32,000 bases of DNA from the NCBI GenBank assembly GCA_964514965.1, contig CAZETV010000001.1:420001-452000 (forward strand), in the 5' to 3' direction. Positions 1 to 9,914 of the stretch are shown one piece after another. Position numbers and translations under genes: made by a program. Under the pieces are notes generated by a model. That model searched no databases and was not told the origin of the DNA. It saw only the letters and a program-made list of their open reading frames with translations. Each line of letters opens with the position of its first letter. The first letter of the stretch is position 1. The stretch comes from Candidatus Hadarchaeota archaeon (lineage in GTDB: Archaea; Hadarchaeota; Hadarchaeia; Hadarchaeales; Hadarchaeaceae).

Positions 1-588
1 ATGCATGTCCTCCAGCTTAGTCGGATAGCTCTGGAACCCGTAAACCAGCACGAGATTTTCGTTGCCTTCTTCCTTCATCCAAGAAATGGCCCTCTCTACC
101 TCTTCCATTGTGGCGCCACCCACCCTCAGAAACACGGGTTTTTCCTTCTTCGCCACTCCCCTCACGAGATTTTCCTCGGCGAGCGACGCCGGAGAGACCA
201 CATAAGCATCCGCCTTTAGATTAGAAGCGAGACCAACACTCGGAAAGTCGTTGCACATCGCACATATTAGCAGCCCATTTTTTCTGGCGTACGGAAACAA
301 CTCAGCCCAAGCCGCTGGAGCCAGGTTAATTCGGCTCAGATATTCGTAAATGGGCAGTGCTTCCTTGCCCGCTGATACGCGCCCTTTCCCAGTCCTGTAC
401 TGCGGGACCATGTAATTTTCCATGAATGTGAGGTGAAAACAAATGGCGTCTGCCCTCGCATTGGCCGCTGCGTCTATTATCTCTTTCGCCTTTTCAACCG
501 ACCCGTCATGTGACCATGCCATCTCCGCGATGACGAATGTGGGATGTTGATCACCTATCTTTCTTCTACCAATTCTTATTGTTTTCAA
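1..588 (-). CDS. neuB: N-acetylneuraminate synthase-like protein (NeuB/SpsE family), C-terminus beyond window edge
   Basis: Manual reverse translation gives LKTIRIGRRKIGDQHPTFVIAEMAWSHDGSVEKAKEIIDAAANARADAICFHLTFMENY..., the NeuB N-terminal pattern. The likely TTG start (586-588) overlaps the upstream TGA stop. No stop occurs before the window edge. The ORF track shows only an antisense ORF here. Confidence 0.8.
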   Translation of the reverse strand, partial: MKTIRIGRRKIGDQHPTFVIAEMAWSHDGSVEKAKEIIDAAANARADAICFHLTFMENYMVPQYRTGKGRVSAGKEALPIYEYLSRINLAPAAWAELFPYARKNGLLICAMCNDFPSVGLASNLKADAYVVSPASLAEENLVRGVAKKEKPVFLRVGGATMEEVERAISWMKEEGNENLVLVYGFQSYPTKLEDMH

Positions 589-1313
589 ACTTCCACCTCG
601 CTTTTGAACAACCCTGATTTCACTACAAATTCCGCCAATAAAAAGTCAAACTCATCGTCTATCCCAATAGAACTGATCCTGTCCATAATCAAACCTTTCA
701 TGCTTTTGGGATTGAAACAAGGCGATTTTTCACTGACCCTATCGAAATACCTCCTCCGAGTGATTATCAGTCCATCGCTTATTCTGAAGAGTTTTGGTAA
801 CTCTTGCCTGCGAAGTGGTTTGTTCATGCCTCCAATCAGCTCTTTCAAATTTCCCTCTTCATTCCTTTCGTAGACAAAATATGGGTGGTAACCCGACTCA
901 ACCTCACACACACCTATAACTGAGTCAAAATCGGAGGTCAACAACATCCTCAACCCCGCGTTTATATGTTCATGAGTCCGAAACGGCGATGTCGGCTGAA
1001 GAAACGCCACGATTTCCGGATGATATCGCTCTTCTTTTTCAAGATAATGCAAGGCGTGCAGAAGAACGGAGAGCGAGGACGCCTCGTCCATCGCTAGCTG
1101 CTTGGGCCTCAAAAACGGAACTTCTGCACCATATTTTCTCGCTATTGCCGCTATCTCTTTGTCTTCAGTTGAAACTATGGTACGGTCGAGCTTGCTGCTG
1201 AGCGCGGCATCTATTGTGTAGCTGATTAGGGGTTTTCCTCCGAGGGGTCTGATGTTCTTTTTCTGGACCCCTTTAGACCCGCCTCTTGCAGGGATAATTC
1301 CGACCGCTAGAAT
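585..1313 (-). CDS. neuA: Acylneuraminate cytidylyltransferase-like protein (CMP-sugar synthetase)
   Basis: The ORF track starts at internal ATG 1112, but the frame is open upstream and encodes ILAVGIIPARGGSKGVQKKNIRPLGGKPLISYTIDAALSSKLDRTIVSTEDKEIAAIARKYGAEVPFL..., the N-terminal nucleotidyltransferase motif. The exact start is uncertain (possible ATT). Confidence 0.85.
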   Translation of the reverse strand: MLAVGIIPARGGSKGVQKKNIRPLGGKPLISYTIDAALSSKLDRTIVSTEDKEIAAIARKYGAEVPFLRPKQLAMDEASSLSVLLHALHYLEKEERYHPEIVAFLQPTSPFRTHEHINAGLRMLLTSDFDSVIGVCEVESGYHPYFVYERNEEGNLKELIGGMNKPLRRQELPKLFRISDGLIITRRRYFDRVSEKSPCFNPKSMKGLIMDRISSIGIDDEFDFLLAEFVVKSGLFKSEVEV

Positions 1314-1318
1314 GGTAC

Positions 1319-2326
1319 CTACCTCTTTTTAAGGTCTGAAACAGGTACGTAGCACTTACTGCATATCGGGATTTCGGAATACCTGCTGGCGATATGGGCA
1401 CTTCGAATTTTTTCATATTTCTCGTTGTGCCAGATGTCCTTCAGTTTCTCTTTCCTAGCGTCTCCCATAATCGATTCCCTTTTGTTGTCGACACAGCATA
1501 AGGTGACGATACCATCCCACATTATGAACATTCGTTGGAACAGTTGAGCGCAGACGAAGTTTGGGTTGTAATATTCAGGATACCCCTTCCATTCTTTTGT
1601 ATAATCGATGAGTTCCCCGTAGCCTACTAGGTCTATCCCAAGCACCCCGAAACCAAATTTTTTGTAATCCTCAAGTTCCTCCCTCGGGTTCCCCATTACG
1701 ACCATTGAGGCCCGCGTCTGCACGTGTTTGTAGCCGAGTTCGTTCCTGAGTTCAACAAACTTCTTGATGTTGGCCACAACCCGTTGAAAGTCTGCCCCGA
1801 TTCTTATCTGGTTATATTTTTCCGGATAGGGAGAATCGACCGAGAAAAATATGCTGTCCAAACCGGCATCGAGAAGCTTGCGCGACATATCCTCCGTTAG
1901 GGCGACGGCATTTGTGTTGAACATGACCTCAATAACCCCCTTTTCCTTGGCGTAACTCACCTGTTCAACTACATCGGGGTGGATCAGGGGTTCGCCGAGA
2001 TAATTCAACTTCACGGAGCACAGTCCATTCTCAACTCCCTGGTCAATCAGTGACTTGTATAACTCGAAATCCATGAAACCGACCTTCCCCGTCTTTTCGA
2101 CCTCCCCGATCGTCCGGGGGCACATCGGGCACTTCAAATTGCAGGCGTTGGTCGTCTCTATGTCCAAGTGAATAGGGAAATCGCCCGCGTACATTTTTTT
2201 AGGGTACTCTTCCCAATTGCGGCGGTATTCCCAGTACTCTTTTCCTCTGGATTTCTCCCAATCCATTATGTCTGGAGTTCTTCTGACCTCTCCATAGGTA
2301 GCATACGGGTCGATTTCTTTGGTCAT
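1319..2326 (-). CDS. Radical SAM / SPASM domain protein
   Basis: ETTNACNLKCPMCPRTIG (CxxxCxxC cluster motif) plus C-terminal Cys-rich SPASM-like region (CCVDNKRESIMGDARKEKLKDIWHNEKY...ICSKCYVP). Confidence 0.9.
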   Translation of the reverse strand: MTKEIDPYATYGEVRRTPDIMDWEKSRGKEYWEYRRNWEEYPKKMYAGDFPIHLDIETTNACNLKCPMCPRTIGEVEKTGKVGFMDFELYKSLIDQGVENGLCSVKLNYLGEPLIHPDVVEQVSYAKEKGVIEVMFNTNAVALTEDMSRKLLDAGLDSIFFSVDSPYPEKYNQIRIGADFQRVVANIKKFVELRNELGYKHVQTRASMVVMGNPREELEDYKKFGFGVLGIDLVGYGELIDYTKEWKGYPEYYNPNFVCAQLFQRMFIMWDGIVTLCCVDNKRESIMGDARKEKLKDIWHNEKYEKIRSAHIASRYSEIPICSKCYVPVSDLKKR

Positions 2327-2335
2327 GGTTTAACT

Positions 2336-3901
2336 TCACCCCTTTCTGATTAATGAAACTATCAAATCCGCCACCCTTTCGTGTGCCTTCCCGTCCACCT
2401 TGTAAAATGCTTCTTTCAGATATTTTTCCCTCTTTATTTTTAGGTCGTTTCGTACATTCTTATCATTTAAGACTTTGTCGAGTGTGCTTGTCAGGTCATC
2501 GTCTTTTTCCACCTGCATAACTGCCTTTTTATAGGGGTCTTCCCTGTTCGATAAAAATCCCTCGATGACGACAACATCCTTGCTTAGCATCAGCCCCTCA
2601 ATATCTGCGGTTGACCCAAAGCTTAACAATAAATCTGAATCCTTTAAAACTGAATACAAGAATTCTTTACCAGGCCTTTGAATTATTTCTACATTCGTTA
2701 GCTTCAATGACTTAACGATGGATTCGTACTCAGATTTATATTTTTCACTGGGGTGCAGTTTAATTATAATTTTTTTAATGTTTTTCACTTTACTGATCTG
2801 CATTAGGTACTTTCGGATGTGATCGAAATACTCATTTTTTCCGATAAATTTGTATTCGACGAGAGCTGTGGGCAAAAGAGTTACAGTTTTACCTAAATTT
2901 TCCTCTTCTTTTTTTGATTTGTATTCTACAATTTTGTCGAAGAAAGGCGAGCCCGTTATGAAAATATCTCTACTCTTTATTCCCAATTTCAGTAATTTCT
3001 TTCTCTCTTCATTTCCAGACGCAGCAAAGATGAGTTTACTATAGAACTCCTCTCTGAGGTATAGCGGGACGGCATAACCACCGTATCCATGTGGAGAATA
3101 AAGAATTTTTTTATCCAACTTGCAAGCCGCTCCGAATAAAGCCGATTCGTAGATTCCAATGATGTTGGTGAGATATATCAATTTTATATCGTGTTTTTTG
3201 ATTATCTTTTTAAAAGTCAGGTAATACTTTATTATTGTCTTCATTATCTCTTGAGAAAAAAGGAAATTCATTTCACTCTCGATGAATTTCCAATAATTTT
3301 TGCCATTGTGGGTGAACAACGATTTTTTGTCGACTTTTTTCCATTTCTTTGCCAGTTCTTGGGACATCTTTTTGCTTTCCTCGATTATCTCTGAATCGAT
3401 GTACGAGTATAACAAGTTCTCGAATTTTTTTAATCTAAAAAGCGAGTTTCTGGAGATTGGATCACAAATCAAAACTAAGGGCTCTATATCCAGTTTTTTC
3501 AAATCTTTTATAACATCCCCCAATCCCAGAAATTCTAACTGACTATTCTTTTCGAAAAGTTGATTAGTATACGCGAGGAACAAAATGTCTGTCGCACCAC
3601 TCCCCCTTGATTTTTTTACTTTCGCACTAGAAAGCCAGATTTTAAGCTTTTCGTTGAGGGTCAAACCTTTTCTCAGGATTAATAGTTCCAAACTATCTAG
3701 CGAAGATGGAGGTTTATCCTCTTTCGCGTCCTTTTCTATGCCATCCAGACTTCTGAATGGTTTCGGTATCTGAGGTGCTTTCAGGAGAGGTTCTAAAAAG
3801 TACCAGAGGGGTATCCCGTCTACTTGAAATACTTCGTTGAACTTTTGGGAATCTACTTTTTTTCTGGCAACTTCAAGAATCTCACGGAAATTTCCTGTCA
3901 T
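2336..3901 (-). CDS. Putative GT-B-fold surface polysaccharide glycosyl/glycerophosphotransferase-like protein
   Basis: 521 aa; HGYGGYA, FITGSPFFDKI, IIIKLHPSEKY, LLLSFGSTADIEGLML are typical of C-terminal GT-B / CDP-glycerol transferase-like proteins. It lies in a glycan locus. Confidence 0.6.
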   Translation of the reverse strand: MTGNFREILEVARKKVDSQKFNEVFQVDGIPLWYFLEPLLKAPQIPKPFRSLDGIEKDAKEDKPPSSLDSLELLILRKGLTLNEKLKIWLSSAKVKKSRGSGATDILFLAYTNQLFEKNSQLEFLGLGDVIKDLKKLDIEPLVLICDPISRNSLFRLKKFENLLYSYIDSEIIEESKKMSQELAKKWKKVDKKSLFTHNGKNYWKFIESEMNFLFSQEIMKTIIKYYLTFKKIIKKHDIKLIYLTNIIGIYESALFGAACKLDKKILYSPHGYGGYAVPLYLREEFYSKLIFAASGNEERKKLLKLGIKSRDIFITGSPFFDKIVEYKSKKEEENLGKTVTLLPTALVEYKFIGKNEYFDHIRKYLMQISKVKNIKKIIIKLHPSEKYKSEYESIVKSLKLTNVEIIQRPGKEFLYSVLKDSDLLLSFGSTADIEGLMLSKDVVVIEGFLSNREDPYKKAVMQVEKDDDLTSTLDKVLNDKNVRNDLKIKREKYLKEAFYKVDGKAHERVADLIVSLIRKG

Positions 3902-3937
3902 ATCCTTAACCTGTTTACCCCCTCGTTTTAAACTTCT

Positions 3938-4543
3938 TCACCGCTTCGGTTTACACACAACAATGAAATTTGATGAAAACTGCGGAAAAATTTTGAATAA
4001 CCATTTCCAAGCATCGTCGTAATAGTAAAATTCTTCGATTTCAAATTCATGACGATCAAGCAGTTCTTTAAATGTCTCTCGGGAGAAAAACATGCAGTGT
4101 TGTGGGTTTATATTTGGGCGTTTAATCAAATAATCCTTTATAAACATCGCGCCGTGCGCATTATCCGTCGTGATTATGAACACCCCGCTTTCCGATAAGT
4201 GCTTTTTCATATTCTCTAAGAAGATACCCGGGTTGTCGAGGTGTTCTATTACTTGCCCGGCAATTATAACGTCGAACTTTTCACCCAGATCACAATTGAG
4301 CGCATTCGCCACTATCGCGTTGTACCCCTGCTTTCGTAGCTCCTCAACTTTTTTGGATTCTATGTCTATGCCGACAACATGACTGGCGACCTCCGCGATG
4401 CGTTTGTGGAGCCAGAGAGGGTGGGTTGGCGGGACAGTATGCCCAACGCAGCCCACATCCAAAACTCTTTTCCCCTTACAATAACGCTGAATGAGCGCTA
4501 TCCTATCGACGAGCCTCGATTTCTCCATTTTTTTCCTATACAT
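3938..4543 (-). CDS. Class I SAM-dependent methyltransferase
   Basis: VLDVGCVGH, IVGIDIESKKVEELRKQGY, FDVIIAGQVIEHLDNPGIFLENMKKHLSESGVFIITT motifs. Confidence 0.88.
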   Translation of the reverse strand: MYRKKMEKSRLVDRIALIQRYCKGKRVLDVGCVGHTVPPTHPLWLHKRIAEVASHVVGIDIESKKVEELRKQGYNAIVANALNCDLGEKFDVIIAGQVIEHLDNPGIFLENMKKHLSESGVFIITTDNAHGAMFIKDYLIKRPNINPQHCMFFSRETFKELLDRHEFEIEEFYYYDDAWKWLFKIFPQFSSNFIVVCKPKR

Positions 4544-4579
4544 CTCATGACCCCAGGATAGTTAGCGATGTTCTGTTAT

Positions 4580-6133
4580 TTATCGTGAACGTTTCTCTAA
4601 AAATCTTATCAACCTTGTTAAAACACTCGGTTCCCCCATGTCTTTTGAGATATGGCGCAAAACTTCCACGTCCGCCTTTCCAATAGCCCCAAATAATAGG
4701 AGCGCGGTTAAATACACAAGGATGCCTATCCCGCCCACGATGAGGGCGATAGGGATAGCCGTTACGACTGAACGAAAGGCCAGAAGGAGAGCGACCATCA
4801 CCGCATCAGCGAGTGCAATCCGCAGAAAAGATTTGGAGTTGTATCTCAGTTTGGTAAGTTTCTTGACGGCGTATGTGCCCAAAACGGTGATTAACACAAT
4901 TGTAATAAGGTAACCAATCGCCGCTCCGTTTATCCCGCAGAGGAGCGTCAGTGGAGTCGTCACCGTAATCGTTAGACATGCGCCAACCCAATAAATTTTC
5001 GCGAAAACGCGCGGTTTTCCTATCCCGCACATGATTGTGTCGTTAACTTCCTCCAAACCTTGGAAAATAAGCGCGACAGACAAAAGGCTTAGAACGGTAC
5101 TCCCGGCGATGAAAACACCTCCGCCAACAATCGTCAGGATAAATCCAGAAAAGAGAGCCATGCCGGTGGCAAGAGGCAGGAGGACGATGAAAACTAGTTT
5201 GAGAGCGGTTCTTACTGTGAGTTCAAATCGTCTCTTATCCTTCATCGTCCAGAGCTCCGAAACCGCTGGAAAAAGCGGCACCGAAACGGACCTCGAGAAC
5301 ATGATCACCAACAGAGTCAAGGAGAGGGACGCGAAGTAGTACCCTGCGTTTTCTATCGCCAGTGCGCCACCCAAAAGGAGGATAGGATACCACAAAAGGA
5401 ATAGCCCCCCGATGCTGGCCAACCACATCGGTGCCGCAGTCGACAGCATCTTGCGTGGTATGTCGCTCTTCTCGCTTCCCTTTTTATACCTCTTTGGTAG
5501 GACGCCAGGCAAAAGCAAAAAACCTATGAAACATGCGACCGACATCCCGATTGCGACCCCAAGCAGCGCGCCGGTCGCGAAGAATCCAAACAATACGAGA
5601 GCGACGGAAATCGCCAAGCGCAGCACGGACCATGAAGTTTGCACGTATAAGTAGTACTTCATCCTTTGAAATCCCTGGAAGAAGGCCGTAAGTCCCACGA
5701 TGAGTATGCCCGCTGGAAGCATCACTGCGGTCACAAGGAAGGCATTCGTATAATTTACGTTGTGGTAAACCCAGGAAGCAATCGGTTGGGCCAATAGTAT
5801 CAATGCAGCTGAAAATATTGCGGATGATATGACTAGATATTTCACCGATATGCGTAGTACCTTCTTCGTCGACGCGACATCTTTTAGGGCCATGAATTTC
5901 GCAATGTACCTAACGGCCGCTGTGGGAATACCCAAAACCGCAACGCCCTGCAGTATGCTGAATAATGCCATGCCGACCCCAAAAATCCCGTATCCCTCGT
6001 CTCCCAGAAGCCTGAGCATGACGACTGTGAAAACTACATTTAAAACCATCATTATTAGGTAAGTGATGACAACGACGAAACCGCCTTTGACAATCCTCAC
6101 ACTTGGCTCCAAGAGTGACTCCTGATCAGACAT
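4580..6133 (-). CDS. Polysaccharide flippase (Wzx / MATE-like oligosaccharide transporter)
   Basis: Multi-TM protein with GDEGYGIFGVGMALFSILQGVAVLGIPTAAVRYIA... A purine-rich RBS-like AAAGGTGG precedes ATG at 6133. The ORF track start at 6160 is in frame but less likely. Confidence 0.88.
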   Translation of the reverse strand: MSDQESLLEPSVRIVKGGFVVVITYLIMMVLNVVFTVVMLRLLGDEGYGIFGVGMALFSILQGVAVLGIPTAAVRYIAKFMALKDVASTKKVLRISVKYLVISSAIFSAALILLAQPIASWVYHNVNYTNAFLVTAVMLPAGILIVGLTAFFQGFQRMKYYLYVQTSWSVLRLAISVALVLFGFFATGALLGVAIGMSVACFIGFLLLPGVLPKRYKKGSEKSDIPRKMLSTAAPMWLASIGGLFLLWYPILLLGGALAIENAGYYFASLSLTLLVIMFSRSVSVPLFPAVSELWTMKDKRRFELTVRTALKLVFIVLLPLATGMALFSGFILTIVGGGVFIAGSTVLSLLSVALIFQGLEEVNDTIMCGIGKPRVFAKIYWVGACLTITVTTPLTLLCGINGAAIGYLITIVLITVLGTYAVKKLTKLRYNSKSFLRIALADAVMVALLLAFRSVVTAIPIALIVGGIGILVYLTALLLFGAIGKADVEVLRHISKDMGEPSVLTRLIRFLEKRSR

Positions 6134-6274
6134 ATCTAACCACCTTTTGCCCTGGCTCAATTCAGTTTAACAAGCTAATAATATGACTCGCTTTGACAGA
6201 AGGGAATTCTAATATTGCGCAAGGTGTCGCTTTTGACACCTCCTTAGTTTTTATCGACTCCTCTTTATTTAAAA

Positions 6275-7210
6275 ATGGGTAAACTTGTGAATATCACGTT
6301 CATGTATCCCGCGAGCGGTATCAGCCCTCACCCAGCGCACCTCGCATGGGCAAAATCAGTCGGTGCCGGTGTGGTGAAAACTCCAATGGGAATGGGTTTT
6401 TTCGACATCGATAAAATTCAGGACTCGGACCTCCTGCTGCTGGAATCTTTATACTGTGCGCCCTTCGCGAGGCGGTACAAGAAGAAAAACCCCAATTGCA
6501 AGATAATATCAATAATCGCCGACACGAGCTTCTGGAGCGAGCGTCTAGGCATCTTGAGAAAAATGTTCTACTGGAGGTATCTGCCGTTCGTGGACGGATT
6601 CGCCGCTGTCTCATACAGGATAAAGCGCGACATCCAGAATTACGTGGACAGGCCGGTGGTTGTCGTCAGGCCTTTCCTCGTGAACAAATTCAAGTTTCGG
6701 AGGCGCGGCTTCAACAAGAAAATACTGTTCATCGGAAACAAGGCGAAAGAAAAAGGCTACGACTATCTGATAAAATCTATGGAACATCTACCGGATTTCG
6801 AACTTTTTTTGGTGGGCGACTGCTGCAAGAGGATACGCGCCAAAATAACAAACGTCCACATGGAAGGAAGAGTCCCAAGCCTCAAACCTTATTTTGAAAA
6901 TTGTTCGATTTACGCTCACCCCGCCGACTTCGACCCCTGCCCAGTGGTAGTCTGGGAAGCCATGTACGCGGGCTTGGTTCCAGTAATCTCCGGAGTCGGG
7001 CAGAGCGAGCTGTTTAAAGGAAGCCTTAAAAAGTTGGTTCTGACAAGGAACGACCCGAAAACGATTGCAGACAAAATTGCTGAGGTTTATGCTTTAAAAG
7101 GCAAAAGGGAACTGATCGAAAAGTGCAAGAAATTATCTAAAGAGTACACAAAAGAAAAAAGCATCAGGCGCTTCAAAAAATCATTTTATCGGTTGACGAA
7201 AGAACTTTGA
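6275..7210 (+). CDS. Glycosyltransferase, GT-B fold (group 1/GT4-like)
   Basis: KILFIGNKAKEKGYDYLIKSMEHLPDFELFLVGD..., YAHPADFDPCPVVVWEAMYAGLVPVISGVGQSELF: the typical GT4 C-terminal domain. Confidence 0.88.
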   Translation: MGKLVNITFMYPASGISPHPAHLAWAKSVGAGVVKTPMGMGFFDIDKIQDSDLLLLESLYCAPFARRYKKKNPNCKIISIIADTSFWSERLGILRKMFYWRYLPFVDGFAAVSYRIKRDIQNYVDRPVVVVRPFLVNKFKFRRRGFNKKILFIGNKAKEKGYDYLIKSMEHLPDFELFLVGDCCKRIRAKITNVHMEGRVPSLKPYFENCSIYAHPADFDPCPVVVWEAMYAGLVPVISGVGQSELFKGSLKKLVLTRNDPKTIADKIAEVYALKGKRELIEKCKKLSKEYTKEKSIRRFKKSFYRLTKEL

Positions 7211-7216
7211 GAGCCC

Positions 7217-8185
7217 TTAATCTTTAGCGACTTTTCCATATTCCGATTGATACCAATTAACTAGCGCTCTAACTCCTTGGTCTAATCCAATTTTTGGAGC
7301 AATCCCCAGCTTTTTCAGCTTCGAGATGTTCGCTTGGGTTTTCTGGACATCGCCCGGCCACGAGAGGCCCCCCTTGTAGAGAAGTTTGGTCTTGCCGCTC
7401 AGTCCTAATACCTCAAGCAACAAATGGGCCAGCTCCTTCATTGTGTAGGCCCTCCCAGAACCAACGTTGTACGCCTCCCCCTCCAGCTTCCCTTTTTCTG
7501 CGACCAGCAGCGCCGCGTTAACCGCGTCATCGATGTAGAGATAGTCCTTGGCCTGATCCCCAGTACCAAGCACCTCCAGTTCCTTCTGGTCCCGCTGGAG
7601 CTTCTTTAAGAGGTCGAACATCACTCCCTTGCGCGAGCGAGGGCCGTAGATGTTGTAGTATCTAAGGCTTGCGGTTTGGGCCCCGTAGAGGGAGCTGTAG
7701 GAGGAACAGTAGACCTCCGCAGCGGCCTTCGAAGCCCCATAGTTTGAGATGGGCCTGAGCGGATGTTCCTCAGAAGTGGGAAGTTCCGCATCACCGTAGA
7801 CCGTGGACGAGCTGGCAAAGAGCACGGCCTTAACATCACCTTTCCTGGCGCACTCCAACACGTTTAAGGTACCAATGGCGTTCAGCTCGAAATCCTTCAT
7901 TGGATTCTCAGCAGACTCCGCCACGCTGGACTGAGCAGCCATGTGGATAATCGATTCCACTCCTATGCAGGCGCGGGACAGTTCTCTCGTGTTAAGAATG
8001 TCCCCACGGATTAGCTTGAAACCACTGTCTTCCTTGAGAGCGGCGAGATTTTTCTCGAAGCCGTTTGATAAATTGTCGATCCCTACCACTTCAAGCCCCA
8101 TCGAACGTAGCTTCTGCACTAGGTGGCTGCCGATGAATCCAGCAGCGCCTGTGACCAGCACCGTCGAACCAAATTTCAATTTCAT
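7217..8185 (-). CDS. NAD-dependent epimerase/dehydratase (UDP-glucose 4-epimerase-like)
   Basis: VLVTGAAGFIGSHLVQKLRSMG, SSSTVYG, YGASKAAAEVYC (YxxxK), LRYYNIYGPR. Confidence 0.92.
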   Translation of the reverse strand: MKLKFGSTVLVTGAAGFIGSHLVQKLRSMGLEVVGIDNLSNGFEKNLAALKEDSGFKLIRGDILNTRELSRACIGVESIIHMAAQSSVAESAENPMKDFELNAIGTLNVLECARKGDVKAVLFASSSTVYGDAELPTSEEHPLRPISNYGASKAAAEVYCSSYSSLYGAQTASLRYYNIYGPRSRKGVMFDLLKKLQRDQKELEVLGTGDQAKDYLYIDDAVNAALLVAEKGKLEGEAYNVGSGRAYTMKELAHLLLEVLGLSGKTKLLYKGGLSWPGDVQKTQANISKLKKLGIAPKIGLDQGVRALVNWYQSEYGKVAKD

Positions 8186-8197
8186 TCCCAGTACCGC

Positions 8198-8857
8198 CTA
8201 CAATTCACTAAACCTGAGCTTAAGTATGTTGACAAATATCTTGAAGCCGCTGGCAATAGTCGTCCCCCGCGCTTTAGAATATTTGGTGTACAAGCACCTA
8301 ACCGGAGCTTCCCGGAGCCTCAGCCCCTTCCGCCTCGCTTGAATAATAATCTCGGACGAAACCTCGTAGTGGTTGCTGCGGATACGGATTCGCTTGAGCG
8401 CCCGCTTGTTAAACGCCCTCGAGCCAGATTGCGAGTCTGTAAGCATCCCGCCGAACACGCATGTTATCAAGTCCAAGCCGAAGTTGCCGACCCGCTTGTG
8501 GAGGGGAATGCCTAGGTGTTTTCGAACCCCTATTACGAGGTCGGCGCCGTTTAGGGCCTTGACCATAAGTCCGACTGCTTTTGGATCGTGTTGTCCATCG
8601 GCGTCGAAGGTGACGGCACAGTCCGCACCCAGCCTTTGGGCCTTCGCTAGTCCAGTTCGAAGCGCCGTCCCCAACCCCGTATTCTTTTTATGGCTAATGA
8701 CAAGTGCCCTCTTCGAGCGAGCTATTTTAGCTGTCCGATCGCGCGACCCGTCGTCAACAACTATTATGTTGCGCCATCCCTCGCGCTTAAGGGCATCCAG
8801 CACCCTCCCGATTGAGCGCCCCTCGTTGTATGCCGGCATCACGATCCATACCTTCAT
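8198..8857 (-). CDS. Glycosyltransferase family 2 (dolichol-phosphate mannosyltransferase-like)
   Basis: VWIVMPAYNEGRSIGRVLDAL, IIVVDDGSRDRT, NTGLGTALRTGL, AVTFDADGQHDP. Confidence 0.92.
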   Translation of the reverse strand: MKVWIVMPAYNEGRSIGRVLDALKREGWRNIIVVDDGSRDRTAKIARSKRALVISHKKNTGLGTALRTGLAKAQRLGADCAVTFDADGQHDPKAVGLMVKALNGADLVIGVRKHLGIPLHKRVGNFGLDLITCVFGGMLTDSQSGSRAFNKRALKRIRIRSNHYEVSSEIIIQARRKGLRLREAPVRCLYTKYSKARGTTIASGFKIFVNILKLRFSEL

Positions 8858-9783
8858 TTTAGAAACCCCAGCAATTTCTTGACCCCTTCCTCGAGCGAGG
8901 TCTTTGGTTTGAAGCTTAAGATTTTCTTAGCTTTCGTGATATCGGCCAGACTGTGCTTGATGTCGCCACTCCGGGGAACCTCGTAAATTGGCTTTAGTTC
9001 GCTCTTACCAACCAACCTCAAGAACACTTCACAAAGTTTTTTAATGCTCGTCGCCTCTCTCGTCCCGATGTTAATTACCTCCCCCGCCACGCTTTTCCGC
9101 TCGAGGGCAAGCAAATTTGCCTCGACGACATCACTCACGAAGATGAAATCCCGCGTCTGTTCGCCGTCGCCGCAAATGATCGGTGGCTGGTCGCTGCGGA
9201 GGCGTTCGAAGAATTTCATCATTACGCCCGCATATTCACCAAAAGTTTGTCTCGGCCCGTATACGTTGAAATAGCGGAGGCAAACGGTCTCCAGCCCATC
9301 CCGCTCGTGGAATATCAGACAGTTTTTCTCAGCCACGAGTTTCGAGCTAGCGTATGGTGAAAGCGGTTGGGGTAGCGCGTCCTCGCTTATCGGGAGTTCG
9401 GCCTGTTCACCGTAAACCGCACAAGACGAAGCGAAAACGAATCGCTTGACACCATGCCCCAAGCTGGCTTTGAGCAGCGCCAGCGTCCCATCAACGTTCA
9501 CGCTCTGGGCGAAATCCGGGTTTTTAATCGAGAAGGGCACACTTATCATCGCCGCCTCGTGGATGACAGCATCAACCCCTGCCAAAGCCTGTTCGACCGC
9601 TTCGACATCCCTGATATCGCCTTGAATGAATCGAAACGAGGATTTGCCTATGTGGGTTTTCAAGTTGTCCATGGTGCCGCTGGAGAGGTCATCAAGTACG
9701 GTAACGGAGTGGCCCCTAGCTAGAAGCCCGTCGACCAAATGCGAACCAATAAAGCCCGCCCCTCCGGTCACCAGAACCTTCAT
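8854..9783 (-). CDS. NAD-dependent epimerase/dehydratase
   Basis: VLVTGGAGFIGSHLVDGLLARGH, ASSCAVYG, YASSKLVAEKN, LRYFNVYGPRQ. Overlaps the GT2 gene by 4 nt. Confidence 0.92.
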   Translation of the reverse strand: MKVLVTGGAGFIGSHLVDGLLARGHSVTVLDDLSSGTMDNLKTHIGKSSFRFIQGDIRDVEAVEQALAGVDAVIHEAAMISVPFSIKNPDFAQSVNVDGTLALLKASLGHGVKRFVFASSCAVYGEQAELPISEDALPQPLSPYASSKLVAEKNCLIFHERDGLETVCLRYFNVYGPRQTFGEYAGVMMKFFERLRSDQPPIICGDGEQTRDFIFVSDVVEANLLALERKSVAGEVINIGTREATSIKKLCEVFLRLVGKSELKPIYEVPRSGDIKHSLADITKAKKILSFKPKTSLEEGVKKLLGFLK

Positions 9784-9914
9784 CTCTACCCCCTCTATTT
9801 TTCATGACTAGACTATAATAGACAAAGCCTACGAACATCCAAACCCGCTCACCTACCTATCGATTAAGCTGAATTATTATAAGGTTCAAAGCGAAGAAAG
9901 AACGGAGGTTGCAA

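Noticed and set aside
1-219. Plus-strand 72-aa ORF from the track
   Set aside because: Antisense to the strongly supported NeuB-like reading frame on the minus strand.
989-1201. Plus-strand ORF and the idea that the NeuA-like gene is truncated at 1112
   Set aside because: The minus frame is open past 1112 and encodes the conserved N-terminal motif, so the truncation is a start-codon artefact of the ORF track.
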